Of a stretch of DNA of 45,976 nt, positions 32,446 to 40,730 are shown one piece after another (position 1 is the first letter of the stretch; the number at the start of each line of letters is the position of its first letter). The translations under genes and the position numbers were made by a program. The DNA lies in the IMG/VR virus record IMGVR_UViG_3300045988_063015, positions 1 to 45,976 of that record. One strand, written 5' to 3'. This stretch comes from a virus. The notes beneath the pieces were generated by a model. That model did no database searches. It was not told the origin of the DNA and saw only the letters and a program-made list of their open reading frames with translations.

Positions 32446-32979
32446 TTGAACAAGGTGGTCTATGTGATGGATTGCGGAGACTTTGTGAAAATTGGTGTTT
32501 CATCCAATGTAAAACGAAGATCGCAGGAAATTCCATACGAAGTAAAAAGAACTTTTTCAACGGAGCCTTTAGAAAATGCTTTTTCTCTTGAAAAAGAGAT
32601 GCATGATTTCTTTGCAGAGAACAGATGTGATGACGCAGATGGACGAGAGTATTTTTCGGTTCCGTTTGAAAAAGCCGTAGAGGTTTTAAAAACTAAAGAA
32701 CCGAGACTCCATCGAAAAGAAAAAGATTTGCACAAAGAGAAAATCATGCTAAATGTAATTTCCAAACTGTATTATATGAACGATTTTGACCTTGGCTATC
32801 TTGCTGGAATTGCTGATTTCACAATAATTCCAGAGGAAGATGAGGAAGCAACTTTTTTTGAACATGGAATAAGGGCACTTACGGAGCTTAGCCATGATGA
32901 TCTAAAACTGGTTTTGGTTTACGCTACAGCGTTCCGAGACAAAGCCGAAGCGGACAAAGCCCGGTTACAGAAAACATAA
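32446..32979 (+). CDS. T5orf172 / GIY-YIG-like domain protein
   Basis: VYVMDCGDFVKIGVSSNVKRRSQEI has the T5orf172 pattern. The start is TTG after TGGAGGAG. Confidence 0.65.
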   Translation: MNKVVYVMDCGDFVKIGVSSNVKRRSQEIPYEVKRTFSTEPLENAFSLEKEMHDFFAENRCDDADGREYFSVPFEKAVEVLKTKEPRLHRKEKDLHKEKIMLNVISKLYYMNDFDLGYLAGIADFTIIPEEDEEATFFEHGIRALTELSHDDLKLVLVYATAFRDKAEADKARLQKT

Positions 32980-32989
32980 GGAGAAAGCC

Positions 32990-33136
32990 ATGAAGAAAAC
33001 GTTTATCTTGGCTCTGAACATATTCTTATTTCTTTTCGCGGCGATGAACGGAATTAAGGAGAAGAGAACAGAGCCAAAGATTCTATATTGGTCGGCGGCA
33101 GCGTTGACCGCGTTAGCGATCATGGACGGATTCTGA
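32990..33136 (+). CDS. 48-aa hydrophobic small protein
   Basis: MKKTFILALNIFLFLFAAMNG...LTALAIMDGF, with RBS AAGGAG. Confidence 0.4.
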   Translation: MKKTFILALNIFLFLFAAMNGIKEKRTEPKILYWSAAALTALAIMDGF

Positions 33137-33208
33137 AACAGGAGGTGGATATGCGGAAAAATTTAAAATGGCCAACGTCCTCTCCAAAGACAGGAAAGGA
33201 GGTCAGCC

Positions 33209-33304
33209 ATGAGAAATAGAGTTGCGTTTTGGATTCTTTGCAGTGCACTTTCTATAACCTGCGGAGCATTTGGTTGTTTTCTTGCTCATTGGCTTTTCAG
33301 ATAA
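33209..33304 (+). CDS. 31-aa hydrophobic peptide
   Basis: MRNRVAFWILCSALSITCGAFGCFLAHWLFR, with RBS AAAGGAGG. Confidence 0.35.
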   Translation: MRNRVAFWILCSALSITCGAFGCFLAHWLFR

Positions 33305-33484
33305 TTAATGAACAAGAAGGTCGGTAATCAATCCGGCGATTACGCTTGCGACCACGCTAAAGAGAGTTACAAGAAAATCATGACGACGCTGCTTTTTGCG
33401 AAGTTCTCTTTCCTTGGCTTCTCTTAGCTGAACTTCCATAGGAACGAATGTTCCGTTTGCAAGGTTAGGAATATGAAAATCCAT
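33305..33484 (-). CDS. 59-aa C-terminally membrane-anchored small protein (opposite strand)
   Basis: MDFHIPNLANGTFVPMEVQLREAKERELRKKQRRHDFLVTLFSVVASVIAGLITDLLVH. GGAGGTG lies upstream, and its stop abuts the stop of 33209..33304. Confidence 0.45.
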   Translation of the reverse strand: MDFHIPNLANGTFVPMEVQLREAKERELRKKQRRHDFLVTLFSVVASVIAGLITDLLVH

Positions 33485-33534
33485 TTTCGCACCTCCTTTC
33501 AAGCGGAGTATACCACAAAAAAGAGGGAGAAGCG

Positions 33535-33684
33535 ATGGGAAATAGCAAAAAATTGGAAAATTCGACATTAGCAATTATCCTCAGCGTGATTTCGATTTTA
33601 ATAAATGTTTTCTTTAACGGAGAAAAACTATTAAGAAATTTATGCTGGCTTTTAGAAAAAATCGTGCATTTTTTACCATTTTAA
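33535..33684 (+). CDS. 49-aa hydrophobic small protein
   Basis: MGNSKKLENSTLAIILSVISILINVFF..., with RBS GAGGGAG. Confidence 0.3.
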   Translation: MGNSKKLENSTLAIILSVISILINVFFNGEKLLRNLCWLLEKIVHFLPF

Positions 33685-33724
33685 TGCACAGCAAAATGCA
33701 ACTAGGAACATTGCAATTTGCTTA

Positions 33725-33798
33725 GTAACGTTATCGTAACGTTACGCTAACAGAGGTGTAGCGTCACTGTAACGCCCCTAGAATAAGAATAAGAATAA
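33725..33798. repeat. GTAACGTTA twice (11-bp phasing), a third GTAACG, then (GAATAA)3
   Basis: GTAACGTTA at 33725..33733 and 33736..33744, GTAACG at 33769, and GAATAAGAATAAGAATAA at 33781..33798. Confidence 0.6.
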
Positions 33799-33888
33799 GA
33801 AAAAGATATAAAAACATATATTGAGCATCGCAAGCGCTGCTCGGTAAGCAAAATAGCTTTTTCTTGACCACAGAAAGAAGGTGAAAGC

Positions 33889-34650
33889 ATGAACGAGTTG
33901 AAAGGATTCTACTCAGACCAGTTCGGAGCGATCCGGGCGGTGAATATTGATGGCGAACCGTGGTTCAATGCTACCGACATCACAACCGCATTGGGTTACA
34001 GAAACTCGCGGGATGCGATTGCAAAGCACGTAGCGAGAGAAGATGCACGGCTTTTCCTAAAGTCGCAAATCGCGACATTAGAGGATTTCCCAAACAGAGG
34101 GCTTACATTCATCAACGAGTCCGGGCTGTATGCGCTGATCTTCGGTAGCAAGCTGGAGAACGCAAAACAATTCAAACGCTGGGTGACAGCCGAGGTTCTC
34201 CCAGCGATCCGGAAAACCGGCGGGTATCAGCAGACAGCACCGCAGGGCAAGGAGTTACTGGCTCTGGCAGTCCTCGAAGCGCAGAAAACCATTGAGGAGC
34301 AGAACCGAGCCATTGAGCGGATGCGTCCGAAAGAGATTTTCGCGGACGCGGTGAGCGCAAGCAAAACGTCAATCTTGATCGGCGACCTTGCAAAGCTGAT
34401 TAAGCAGAATGGGGTTGACATCGGCGAGAAGCGGCTCTTCCAGTGGATGCGGGAAAACGGTTATCTGATCCGGAAGGACGGAGCCAGCTACAACATGCCG
34501 ACTCAGAAGAGCATGGATCTCGGCGTTATGGAGATCAAGGAGTCAACCATAACCCAGCCGAACGGAAATGTTCGGATCAGCCGCACCCCGAAAGTAACGG
34601 GGAAAGGGCAGAGATATTTCGTCAACAAAATTCTAGCCGCAATGGCATAG
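33889..34650 (+). CDS. Antirepressor (BRO-N + KilA-C/Ant C-terminal domain)
   Basis: FGAIRAVNIDGEPWFNATDITTALGYRNSRDAIAKHV has the BRO-N pattern; 253 aa. Confidence 0.85.
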   Translation: MNELKGFYSDQFGAIRAVNIDGEPWFNATDITTALGYRNSRDAIAKHVAREDARLFLKSQIATLEDFPNRGLTFINESGLYALIFGSKLENAKQFKRWVTAEVLPAIRKTGGYQQTAPQGKELLALAVLEAQKTIEEQNRAIERMRPKEIFADAVSASKTSILIGDLAKLIKQNGVDIGEKRLFQWMRENGYLIRKDGASYNMPTQKSMDLGVMEIKESTITQPNGNVRISRTPKVTGKGQRYFVNKILAAMA

Positions 34651-35100
34651 CTGAGACTGCAACGCTAAGGAAAAGCACAGCGGTGAATTGAAATGCGATG
34701 GAAAGGCAAAGAACAGAACGGCAAAGAAATGCAAAGGAGCAGCAACGCGTGGGCATGATCAGCGATGGCAAGGAAAAACGTTGAGTAGAAGGGCTACGGA
34801 ATACTGGGAAATGAAAAGCCATGGAATGGCGCCGAACAGTAGAGCTGAGCGATGGCATGGTACAGCGAGCCAACGAACCGGAATGCTACGGAAAGGAATT
34901 GCAGGTCGGAGCAAAGGAATAGCAGTGTAAGCCAAGATGAGCAACGGAAGAGCGTCGAGCAGCTCGGCAAGGGAATGGAATAGCACAGAAAGGAATTTCT
35001 GAGCAAAGAAATGAAGTGCGGCGATTTGATACGCGAAGGCGTGGAGAAGAGTATCGGAGCAACGAAAGGATCAGAATTCAAAACGAAAAGGAGAAACAAC
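34651..35100 (+). other. 450-nt purine-rich, T-poor non-coding block with degenerate short repeats
   Basis: Recurring words include AGCGATGGCA (twice, plus one variant), AGCAACG (four times), GCTACGGA (twice), GGAATAGCA (twice) and GCAAAG (five times). All six frames stay open for compositional reasons. Confidence 0.6.
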
Positions 35101-35745
35101 ATGAAGGAAATGAAAGTAAGATTAACATTCACCGAGGAAATTCTTGGAACAGCGGCGGCAGATAAGGAGATCCATAAGACCTATATTGCGTCTATGGCAC
35201 CGAACGCGCCGAGCAAGAAGGAAGAGGTCGAAGCGCTCGGCGTGGAAGCAGCCATCGAGAAGGGAATGACCATATTCCCGAGAAACAAAGAGGGAGTGCC
35301 GATCTATTGGGACTACCAGATCAAGGGATTCTTCAAGGATGCGGCTGGAATGCTGAGAAAGGTACCCGGAACAAAAAGTTCTAAGATTAAGGCTTACAAA
35401 AAAGAGATTGATGGACTGATCTTTGTGAAAGAACGTCAGATCCCGATTCATTTTGAGGGAACAATCGGAAATTGTGAGCGACCGCTCAGGGGACAGACAC
35501 CACAGGGAGAAAAAACAGCCCTGGCGAACAGTGAGAGCATCCCAGCGGGAGCATGGATTGAGTTCACGGTACAGTGCTTAACTGACACGATGGCTGGAGC
35601 AGTGGCTGAATGGTTCGATTACGGCGCACTCAGAGGTCTTGGACAGTGGCGAAACTCAGGGAAAGGCCGCTACCTGTGGGACTGGCTGGACGAAAAAGGG
35701 AACGTGATAGGAGGAAACAGAAGTGTCCATAAGGACGGAAAATAA
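35101..35745 (+). CDS. Unknown protein with C-terminal glycine-rich loop GLGQWRNSGKGRY (RAMP-like pattern)
   Basis: 214 aa with RBS AAAGGAG, the first gene of the recombination/replication module. Confidence 0.6.
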   Translation: MKEMKVRLTFTEEILGTAAADKEIHKTYIASMAPNAPSKKEEVEALGVEAAIEKGMTIFPRNKEGVPIYWDYQIKGFFKDAAGMLRKVPGTKSSKIKAYKKEIDGLIFVKERQIPIHFEGTIGNCERPLRGQTPQGEKTALANSESIPAGAWIEFTVQCLTDTMAGAVAEWFDYGALRGLGQWRNSGKGRYLWDWLDEKGNVIGGNRSVHKDGK

Positions 35746-36331
35746 AAGCATCTACTGGGCTTGGAAAGCCATGAAACAAAGATGCAAAAATCCAAAATGC
35801 AAAGCGTACAAAAATTACGGAGCACGGGGAATAAAAGTTTGTAATGAATGGGAAAAATTTGAGCCGTTTTTAAGTTGGTGTTTAGAGAACGGATATCAAA
35901 AGGGCTTAGATTTAGACAGACGTGATAATAACGGAAATTATTCTCCAGATAACTGCAGGTGGATTTCACGAAAAGAAAATCTAAACAATCGAAGAAACAC
36001 GATTTTCATTGATGTGAACGGAGAAATCCTTCCGGAAACTGTTTGGTCAGAAAAACTCGGAATAGATAGGGCGCTCATCAAGTATTGGATAAAAACAGGA
36101 GGAAAATCTTATGCAGAAAAAAGGGCAAAAGAAATTTTAAGAAATGGTTACAAACCGAAAGATTTTGGATATAGCCATAGAAAAGCGATCCAACACGTAG
36201 AAACAGGAATCGTTTTTGAATCTGTTAGGAAAGCGGCAAATTATTTTGGAATTGCTCCGTGTACTATTTCCAATGCAATGAGAAGCGGAAGGAAAACAGG
36301 AAAAGGTAAATTTGTTTGGGCAGAATCATAG
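35723..36331 (+). CDS. HNH homing-endonuclease-like protein with C-terminal HTH
   Basis: LDLDRRDNNGNYSPDNCRWISRKENLNN is HNH_3-like, and VFESVRKAANYFGIAPCTISNAMRSG is NUMOD/IENR-like. A GTG start follows GGAGGA, and the gene overlaps its upstream neighbour by 23 nt. Confidence 0.75.
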   Translation: MSIRTENKSIYWAWKAMKQRCKNPKCKAYKNYGARGIKVCNEWEKFEPFLSWCLENGYQKGLDLDRRDNNGNYSPDNCRWISRKENLNNRRNTIFIDVNGEILPETVWSEKLGIDRALIKYWIKTGGKSYAEKRAKEILRNGYKPKDFGYSHRKAIQHVETGIVFESVRKAANYFGIAPCTISNAMRSGRKTGKGKFVWAES

Positions 36332-36338
36332 GAGGAAC

Positions 36339-36485
36339 ATGGAAGAAACGACATGGGAGCAGGCGGAAGGATTCGCAGTCAGCGTGATACGAGAAGCCAG
36401 AATAAGAGCAAAATTCTGGTTTGCGGCGTGGCTGGTAACTTTCGTGGTGCTGATAACGGTTGTGGCGGCCGTGTTAGTGATGTAG
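36339..36485 (+). CDS. 48-aa membrane protein
   Basis: MEETTWEQAEGFAVSVIREARIRAKFWFAAWLVTFVVLITVVAAVLVM, with RBS AGGAGGA. Preferred over the overlapping ORF-track frame 36353..36538. Confidence 0.45.
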   Translation: MEETTWEQAEGFAVSVIREARIRAKFWFAAWLVTFVVLITVVAAVLVM

Positions 36486-36501
36486 TAAGGAGGTTCCCCG
36501 G

Positions 36502-36786
36502 ATGGAAGAAATTACGAAAGCAGAAGCAGAAAAAATGATTTTTCTGTTCCTGGGCCGAGAGGTCCGCATCAAAGAAAAAGAAGAAAACCGGATATCATAT
36601 CCGGCGCGGTACATGCGAAAATCGGAATTGCTCAAAATGAAGAACCCGTTTTTGGGGGAAGCAGTTCTCGAGCGCGCCGAAAAGACCGCACCGGCGGGAG
36701 TTGTGCGAAAACTAAACCCACTGAAAAGGAACAGCCCGCTGGTTTTCGATACCGTTGAGCTGGAGAAATGGAGGGCAAAGCATTGA
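36502..36786 (+). CDS. Hypothetical protein
   Basis: 94 aa with RBS AAGGAGG. Confidence 0.55.
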   Translation: MEEITKAEAEKMIFLFLGREVRIKEKEENRISYPARYMRKSELLKMKNPFLGEAVLERAEKTAPAGVVRKLNPLKRNSPLVFDTVELEKWRAKH

Positions 36787-37004
36787 AGAAAAAAATTGTA
36801 GCCGCAGAAGTGATTCTGTGGGTTACGGCACTCGTGGCTATCAGCAATATCAATTGGGGCGGGTTCTTCTGGTGCTTTTCGCTGATGATTCTCGGGTATC
36901 TTGCTTTTCTGGCGGTTGACGCGGAGGAGAAGAGAAAGAAAACAGAAGCCGAAAAGGCGGAAAAGAAGAAAGACAGAGTGTTCCAGATGTGGTTGAAAAT
37001 GTAA
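36768..37004 (+). CDS. Small two-TM membrane protein with Lys/Glu tail
   Basis: 78 aa, with hydrophobic helices followed by EEKRKKTEAEKAEKKKD. Confidence 0.5.
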   Translation: MEGKALKKKIVAAEVILWVTALVAISNINWGGFFWCFSLMILGYLAFLAVDAEEKRKKTEAEKAEKKKDRVFQMWLKM

Positions 37005-37078
37005 AAATGCCCTCCGGTGAGACGAAGGGCATCCGTAAAAAGACAACATCATCATAGCACATGAAAGGAGAAAAGGCA

Positions 37079-37777
37079 ATGGGAATGAAAGGATTTAAAG
37101 GGTTCGAGAAAGATTTTTCCTGCAGAGGGAAACAGTACGAGGAAAACACGACTTACGAGGAGAACGGAACCGGATGCTGCCATAAAGGAGTTATGCATTT
37201 CTGCGAGGATCCGTGGGAGGTGCTGAATCATTATGATCTCGTAGATGGAAATGGAGATTTTTCCGAATTTGCGGAAGTGGACGCCCGGGGACAGGTTTGG
37301 AGTGATGGGGATAAGCGTGCGACAGATAAGCTCCATATCGGAGCAAAGCTCGGATTTAAAGGCTTTATCAAAGCGTGTGTTGATTTTACGGTCGAGCGTA
37401 CAAAATTTGACGACTTAATCGGCTCGTCCGGGAACTCTGCGAAGATCGGAAGCTCCGGGAACTCTGCGAAGATCGGAAGCTCCGGGGACTATGCGAAGAT
37501 CGGAAGCTCCGGGGACTATGCGAAGATCGGAAGCTCCGGGAACTCTGCGCAGATCAATAGCACCGGTGAAGATGCGGTGATTATGTGTGCGGGTAATGAA
37601 TCACGAGCAAAAGCCAAAAAGGGAAGCTGGATCACGCTTGCGGAATGGGTGGAAGATGAAGAAAAAGGACGCTATGTGCCGGTATGCGTAAAAACTGAGT
37701 ACGTAGACGGCGAAAAAATCAAAGAAGACACCTATTACACGCTGAAAAGCGGAGAATTTGTGGAGGTAGAAGAATGA
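37079..37777 (+). CDS. DUF7666-like protein with five 9-aa IGSSG(N/D)(S/Y)AK repeats
   Basis: KGFKGFEKDFSCRGKQYEENTTYEE...MHFCEDPWEVLNHY has the family pattern as I recall it. The start is ATG at 37079 or 37085. Confidence 0.65.
   Translation: MGMKGFKGFEKDFSCRGKQYEENTTYEENGTGCCHKGVMHFCEDPWEVLNHYDLVDGNGDFSEFAEVDARGQVWSDGDKRATDKLHIGAKLGFKGFIKACVDFTVERTKFDDLIGSSGNSAKIGSSGNSAKIGSSGDYAKIGSSGDYAKIGSSGNSAQINSTGEDAVIMCAGNESRAKAKKGSWITLAEWVEDEEKGRYVPVCVKTEYVDGEKIKEDTYYTLKSGEFVEVEE
37418..37552 (+). repeat. 27-bp tandem repeat, five copies, in frame
   Basis: ATCGG(C/A)(T/A)(C/G)(G/C)TCCGGG(A/G)ACT(C/A)TGCG(A/C)AG units, 135 nt in total. Confidence 0.95.
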
Positions 37778-37977
37778 AAAAGTATGAGTATGTAGGCTTG
37801 GATGTAAGTGTAGAAAAAAGCGCGGCAGATGCGGCAACATGTTACATCGAAGCAGTACGCCGGTATCTGGAAAGCGAGAAATTCCCGCAGGTTGAGACAA
37901 TCGCGGCGATTCTCGGACTGAAAGAAGTGGAGGTGCAGCCATGTGGGACAGCGACGAAAACGGGAGAAGAGTGCTGA
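37774..37977 (+). CDS. Hypothetical protein
   Basis: 67 aa with an ATGA overlap with the upstream gene. Confidence 0.5.
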   Translation: MKKYEYVGLDVSVEKSAADAATCYIEAVRRYLESEKFPQVETIAAILGLKEVEVQPCGTATKTGEEC

Positions 37978-38135
37978 TCTGTGATTTTTGCGGCGAGGTC
38001 ATTGCGTCTGCAAAGCCTGGATATTACGGCGAGGACTACGTAGAGGTCAATGGCGAGTGCATCCACACAGAAAACTGTATGGACAGATGGATTCATGAGC
38101 ACAGAAAGGAAGCTACATATGGCGAAAATAGATGA
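37941..38135 (+). CDS. Small Cys-containing (zinc-finger-like) protein
   Basis: 64 aa with CDFCG...C..ENC and RBS GGAGGTG. Confidence 0.45.
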   Translation: MWDSDENGRRVLICDFCGEVIASAKPGYYGEDYVEVNGECIHTENCMDRWIHEHRKEATYGENR

Positions 38136-38694
38136 GAAAATCATGCAGATCCAGACACGGATCAAGGTTCCGAAGAACCACGTTAATGAGTTTGGAAATT
38201 TCAAATATCGGAGTGCCGAGGATATCATGAAAGCGTTGAAGCCGATGGAAAAAGAGCTGCTAGTGTCAGTACAGATCACCGACGAAGTGGTAGCGGTAGG
38301 AGTGAACGTGTATCTGCGGGCGACGGTGACCGTGTACGACCTGGAAAGCGGAGAAAGCCGTAGCACAAGCGCTTTTGCGCGGGAACCGGCGACACCGAAA
38401 GCTAAGATGGATGAAAGCCAGACAACCGGTTCTGCATCGTCCTACGCGCGGAAATACGCGCTCTCAGGAATGTTCCTGCTCGATGACAGCATTGATCCGG
38501 ATTCTAACAGGGCGATTGACAGCGGAGAACCTTGCTCGGATGCGCAGGAAAAAACCATCCGGGAACTGGCGGAAAAACACAATGTCAATCTTGAGGAGCT
38601 GTATAAGAGACAGAAAGTTAAGAATAACCGCCCGACGGCGATGCAGGCCGGAAAGATTCTTAACATGTTCAAAAAACAGCTCGGGGGCGAGTGA
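38119..38694 (+). CDS. ERF-family single-strand annealing protein
   Basis: NEFGNFKYRSAEDIMKALKP...TGSASSYARKYALSGMFLLDD has the ERF pattern. The start is an internal ATG of ORF-track 38050..38694. Confidence 0.85.
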   Translation: MAKIDEKIMQIQTRIKVPKNHVNEFGNFKYRSAEDIMKALKPMEKELLVSVQITDEVVAVGVNVYLRATVTVYDLESGESRSTSAFAREPATPKAKMDESQTTGSASSYARKYALSGMFLLDDSIDPDSNRAIDSGEPCSDAQEKTIRELAEKHNVNLEELYKRQKVKNNRPTAMQAGKILNMFKKQLGGE

Positions 38695-39338
38695 TGCACG
38701 CTCTGGCTGAAATCGTAAAATCCGTAGAAAAAGACGGTGATACGTGGCTTGTAGTGCGGCTGCCGAAAAGCAGACTGAAAGAAGAAATCGAGAACAAAAC
38801 CATCACGAATACAGAAATGCGTTTCGACGATGGGCGGCATATCTCCAATCTGCAGCGGAAGAAAGCATACGCAACCATCCGGGATATAGCTATTGAGTTG
38901 GGCTATCTCCCGGAGGAGATGAAAGAGATTATGAAATGCAACTACATGATCGAGACCGGAGAGCCGTATTTCTCCCTTTCAGACTGTTCGATGGGGACGG
39001 CGCGGGATTTCATCACGTTTCTGATGGATTTCGTGCTTAAAGAAGGAATACCGCTATCAGACAGCGGAATAGAGCGCGCGGATGATGTCGGGAAGTACCT
39101 GTACGCGTGCATCAAGCACAGAAAATGCGCGGTGTGCGGGAAAGATGGCGAAATCCACCACGTTGATACAATCGGCATGGGAAATGACCGGCGGCGGGTG
39201 GATGATTCGGGATACCGGAAAATCTGCCTGTGCAGGACGCACCACACGATTGCACATAAACGCGGAATGCCGAGCTTCGAAAAAATGTATCACGTATACG
39301 GAATTGTTGTAGATGATAACCCGGATGGGAAGTCATAG
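38694..39338 (+). CDS. Protein with C-terminal HNH / His-Me-finger-like motif
   Basis: CAVCGKDGEIHHVD...ICLCRTHHTIAH, with a TGATG overlap with erf. Confidence 0.55.
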   Translation: MHALAEIVKSVEKDGDTWLVVRLPKSRLKEEIENKTITNTEMRFDDGRHISNLQRKKAYATIRDIAIELGYLPEEMKEIMKCNYMIETGEPYFSLSDCSMGTARDFITFLMDFVLKEGIPLSDSGIERADDVGKYLYACIKHRKCAVCGKDGEIHHVDTIGMGNDRRRVDDSGYRKICLCRTHHTIAHKRGMPSFEKMYHVYGIVVDDNPDGKS

Positions 39339-39439
39339 AGTCCAGCATGGAACTGTCAACAGAGTATCTCAAAACGGTTCATGTTTTATACGTCACGACA
39401 AAAAAGGCGGCTGGCTGGAGCCGCCGGAAAGGGGCATAG

Positions 39440-39814
39440 ATGCCGATTAACAGCAAACAGAAAGGGAAGCGCTTCGAGCTGGAGCTTTCCAGAAAGTTCC
39501 GGGAATATGGCTACACGGAGTCACGCCGGACCGCGCAATACTGCGGAAATACCGGTGACGCATCCGATGTTGTAGGCCTCCCGGGAATCCACGTGGAAGC
39601 GAAACATCAAGAGCGAATGCAGCTCTATGATTGGATGGATCAGGCGAAACACGACGCGAAAGAAAGTGGAAAAGACGTTTTGCCCGCAGTATTCCACAAA
39701 AGAAACAATCATAAGATCCTGGTCACGATGGAACTCGACGACTGGATGATAATATTCCGCGAATACGAAGCGGGAATGAGTCTGAAAGAAGGTGCGGACG
39801 ATGGGCGAGGTTAA
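39440..39814 (+). CDS. PD-(D/E)XK nuclease, Holliday-junction-resolvase-like
   Basis: KGKRFELELSRKF...DASDVVGLPGIHVEAKH has the D...E.K pattern. Confidence 0.6.
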   Translation: MPINSKQKGKRFELELSRKFREYGYTESRRTAQYCGNTGDASDVVGLPGIHVEAKHQERMQLYDWMDQAKHDAKESGKDVLPAVFHKRNNHKILVTMELDDWMIIFREYEAGMSLKEGADDGRG

Positions 39815-40631
39815 GTGGGTTAAGATGTCGATAGACATGTTCGATAATCGAAAGATCAAGTATCTGCGCGGCCTGCCAGAGGGAAACAACATCGTTCTTA
39901 TCTGGGTCATGCTGCTGACTCTGGCAGGGCGGTGCAATTCCAATGGCTATATTTTCCTTACCGAAAACATCCCGTACACTCCGGCGATGCTCGCAAATGA
40001 GCTTGGATTCCCAGAAAGTACTATTCTGGTAGCCATGAAAGCGCTGGAAAGTATGGGAATGATAAGCCGAAACGAGGAAAACACGATTCTGATCCCTGGA
40101 TGGGAAGAACATCAGAACGTAGCCGCGTTGGAACAGATCCGGGCGAGCAACCGGAAGCGGCAGGCGCGGTACAGGGAACAGGCGAAAATAGAAGCTGTGG
40201 AGCAGGAAACACCACCACCGGTAGAGGAGAAGCAAGAGGAACACGAAGAACCAAAAGAGCCGAAGCCGTCGAAAAAGGCGGAGGAAACCAAAGAAGCAAA
40301 GATTCTTTTCGAGCGGTTGTGGAGCCTATATCCGAACAAAAAAGGCAAGGGGCAGGTAAGTGATACAGCAAAGAAAAAACTGCTTAAAATCGGGCAGGAA
40401 GAGCTTGAGAGAGCAATTCAGAGGTATAAGACGGAACTGGAAAAGGAGGACTGGAGAAAGCCGCAGTACGGCAGTACCTTTTTCAATTCTGGTTACGTGG
40501 ATTATCTCGACGCGAATTATGAGCCGGGAAAAAGAGAGCCGACGAAGCAGCAGAAAGAAAACAAATTTAACAACTTTAATCAACGTGACTACGATTTCGC
40601 GGCGTTAGAGCAGGCATTGACAGGAGGTTAA
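39801..40631 (+). CDS. Replisome organizer (Phage_rep_org_N-like)
   Basis: VKWVKMSIDMFDNRKIKYLRGLPEGNNIVLIWVMLLTLAGRCNSNGYIF, followed by an acidic/Pro linker and a DnaD-like C-terminus. Confidence 0.8.
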   Translation: MGEVKWVKMSIDMFDNRKIKYLRGLPEGNNIVLIWVMLLTLAGRCNSNGYIFLTENIPYTPAMLANELGFPESTILVAMKALESMGMISRNEENTILIPGWEEHQNVAALEQIRASNRKRQARYREQAKIEAVEQETPPPVEEKQEEHEEPKEPKPSKKAEETKEAKILFERLWSLYPNKKGKGQVSDTAKKKLLKIGQEELERAIQRYKTELEKEDWRKPQYGSTFFNSGYVDYLDANYEPGKREPTKQQKENKFNNFNQRDYDFAALEQALTGG

Positions 40632-40730
40632 GCATGGTATCAGTAATCAAAACAGCAATTATCTGCGCAACAGTAGCATTTTGCTTCTTCCAGATGATGA
40701 AACGTTAAGAAAAGGACAGGGGAGGGACCT

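Noticed and set aside
34688-34930. 80-aa basic ORF and the overlapping minus-strand ORFs (34622..34873, 34759..34986, 34794..35132) in the purine-rich block
   Set aside because: All six frames are open here because the + strand lacks T and the - strand lacks A, so stop codons cannot form. The products are low-complexity and there is no convincing RBS. The block was treated as non-coding.
36353-36538. ORF-track frame MGAGGRIRSQ... (61 aa)
   Set aside because: It is an Arg/Gly-rich product without an RBS. The alternative frame 36339..36485 has an AGGAGGA RBS and encodes a clean TM protein.
37418-37552. CRISPR-like array (also considered for the microsatellites at 23034 and 23600)
   Set aside because: The repeats are directly tandem with no spacers. 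The 27-bp units are in frame inside a coding sequence, and no cas genes are present.
39406-39425. Hairpin GGCGGCT/AGCCGCC as a terminator inside the + strand recombination operon
   Set aside because: The T-run is on the minus strand only (an A-run precedes the hairpin on the + strand), and no minus-strand gene is nearby. It is possibly an antisense-transcription stop or a stabilising hairpin, but evidence is insufficient.
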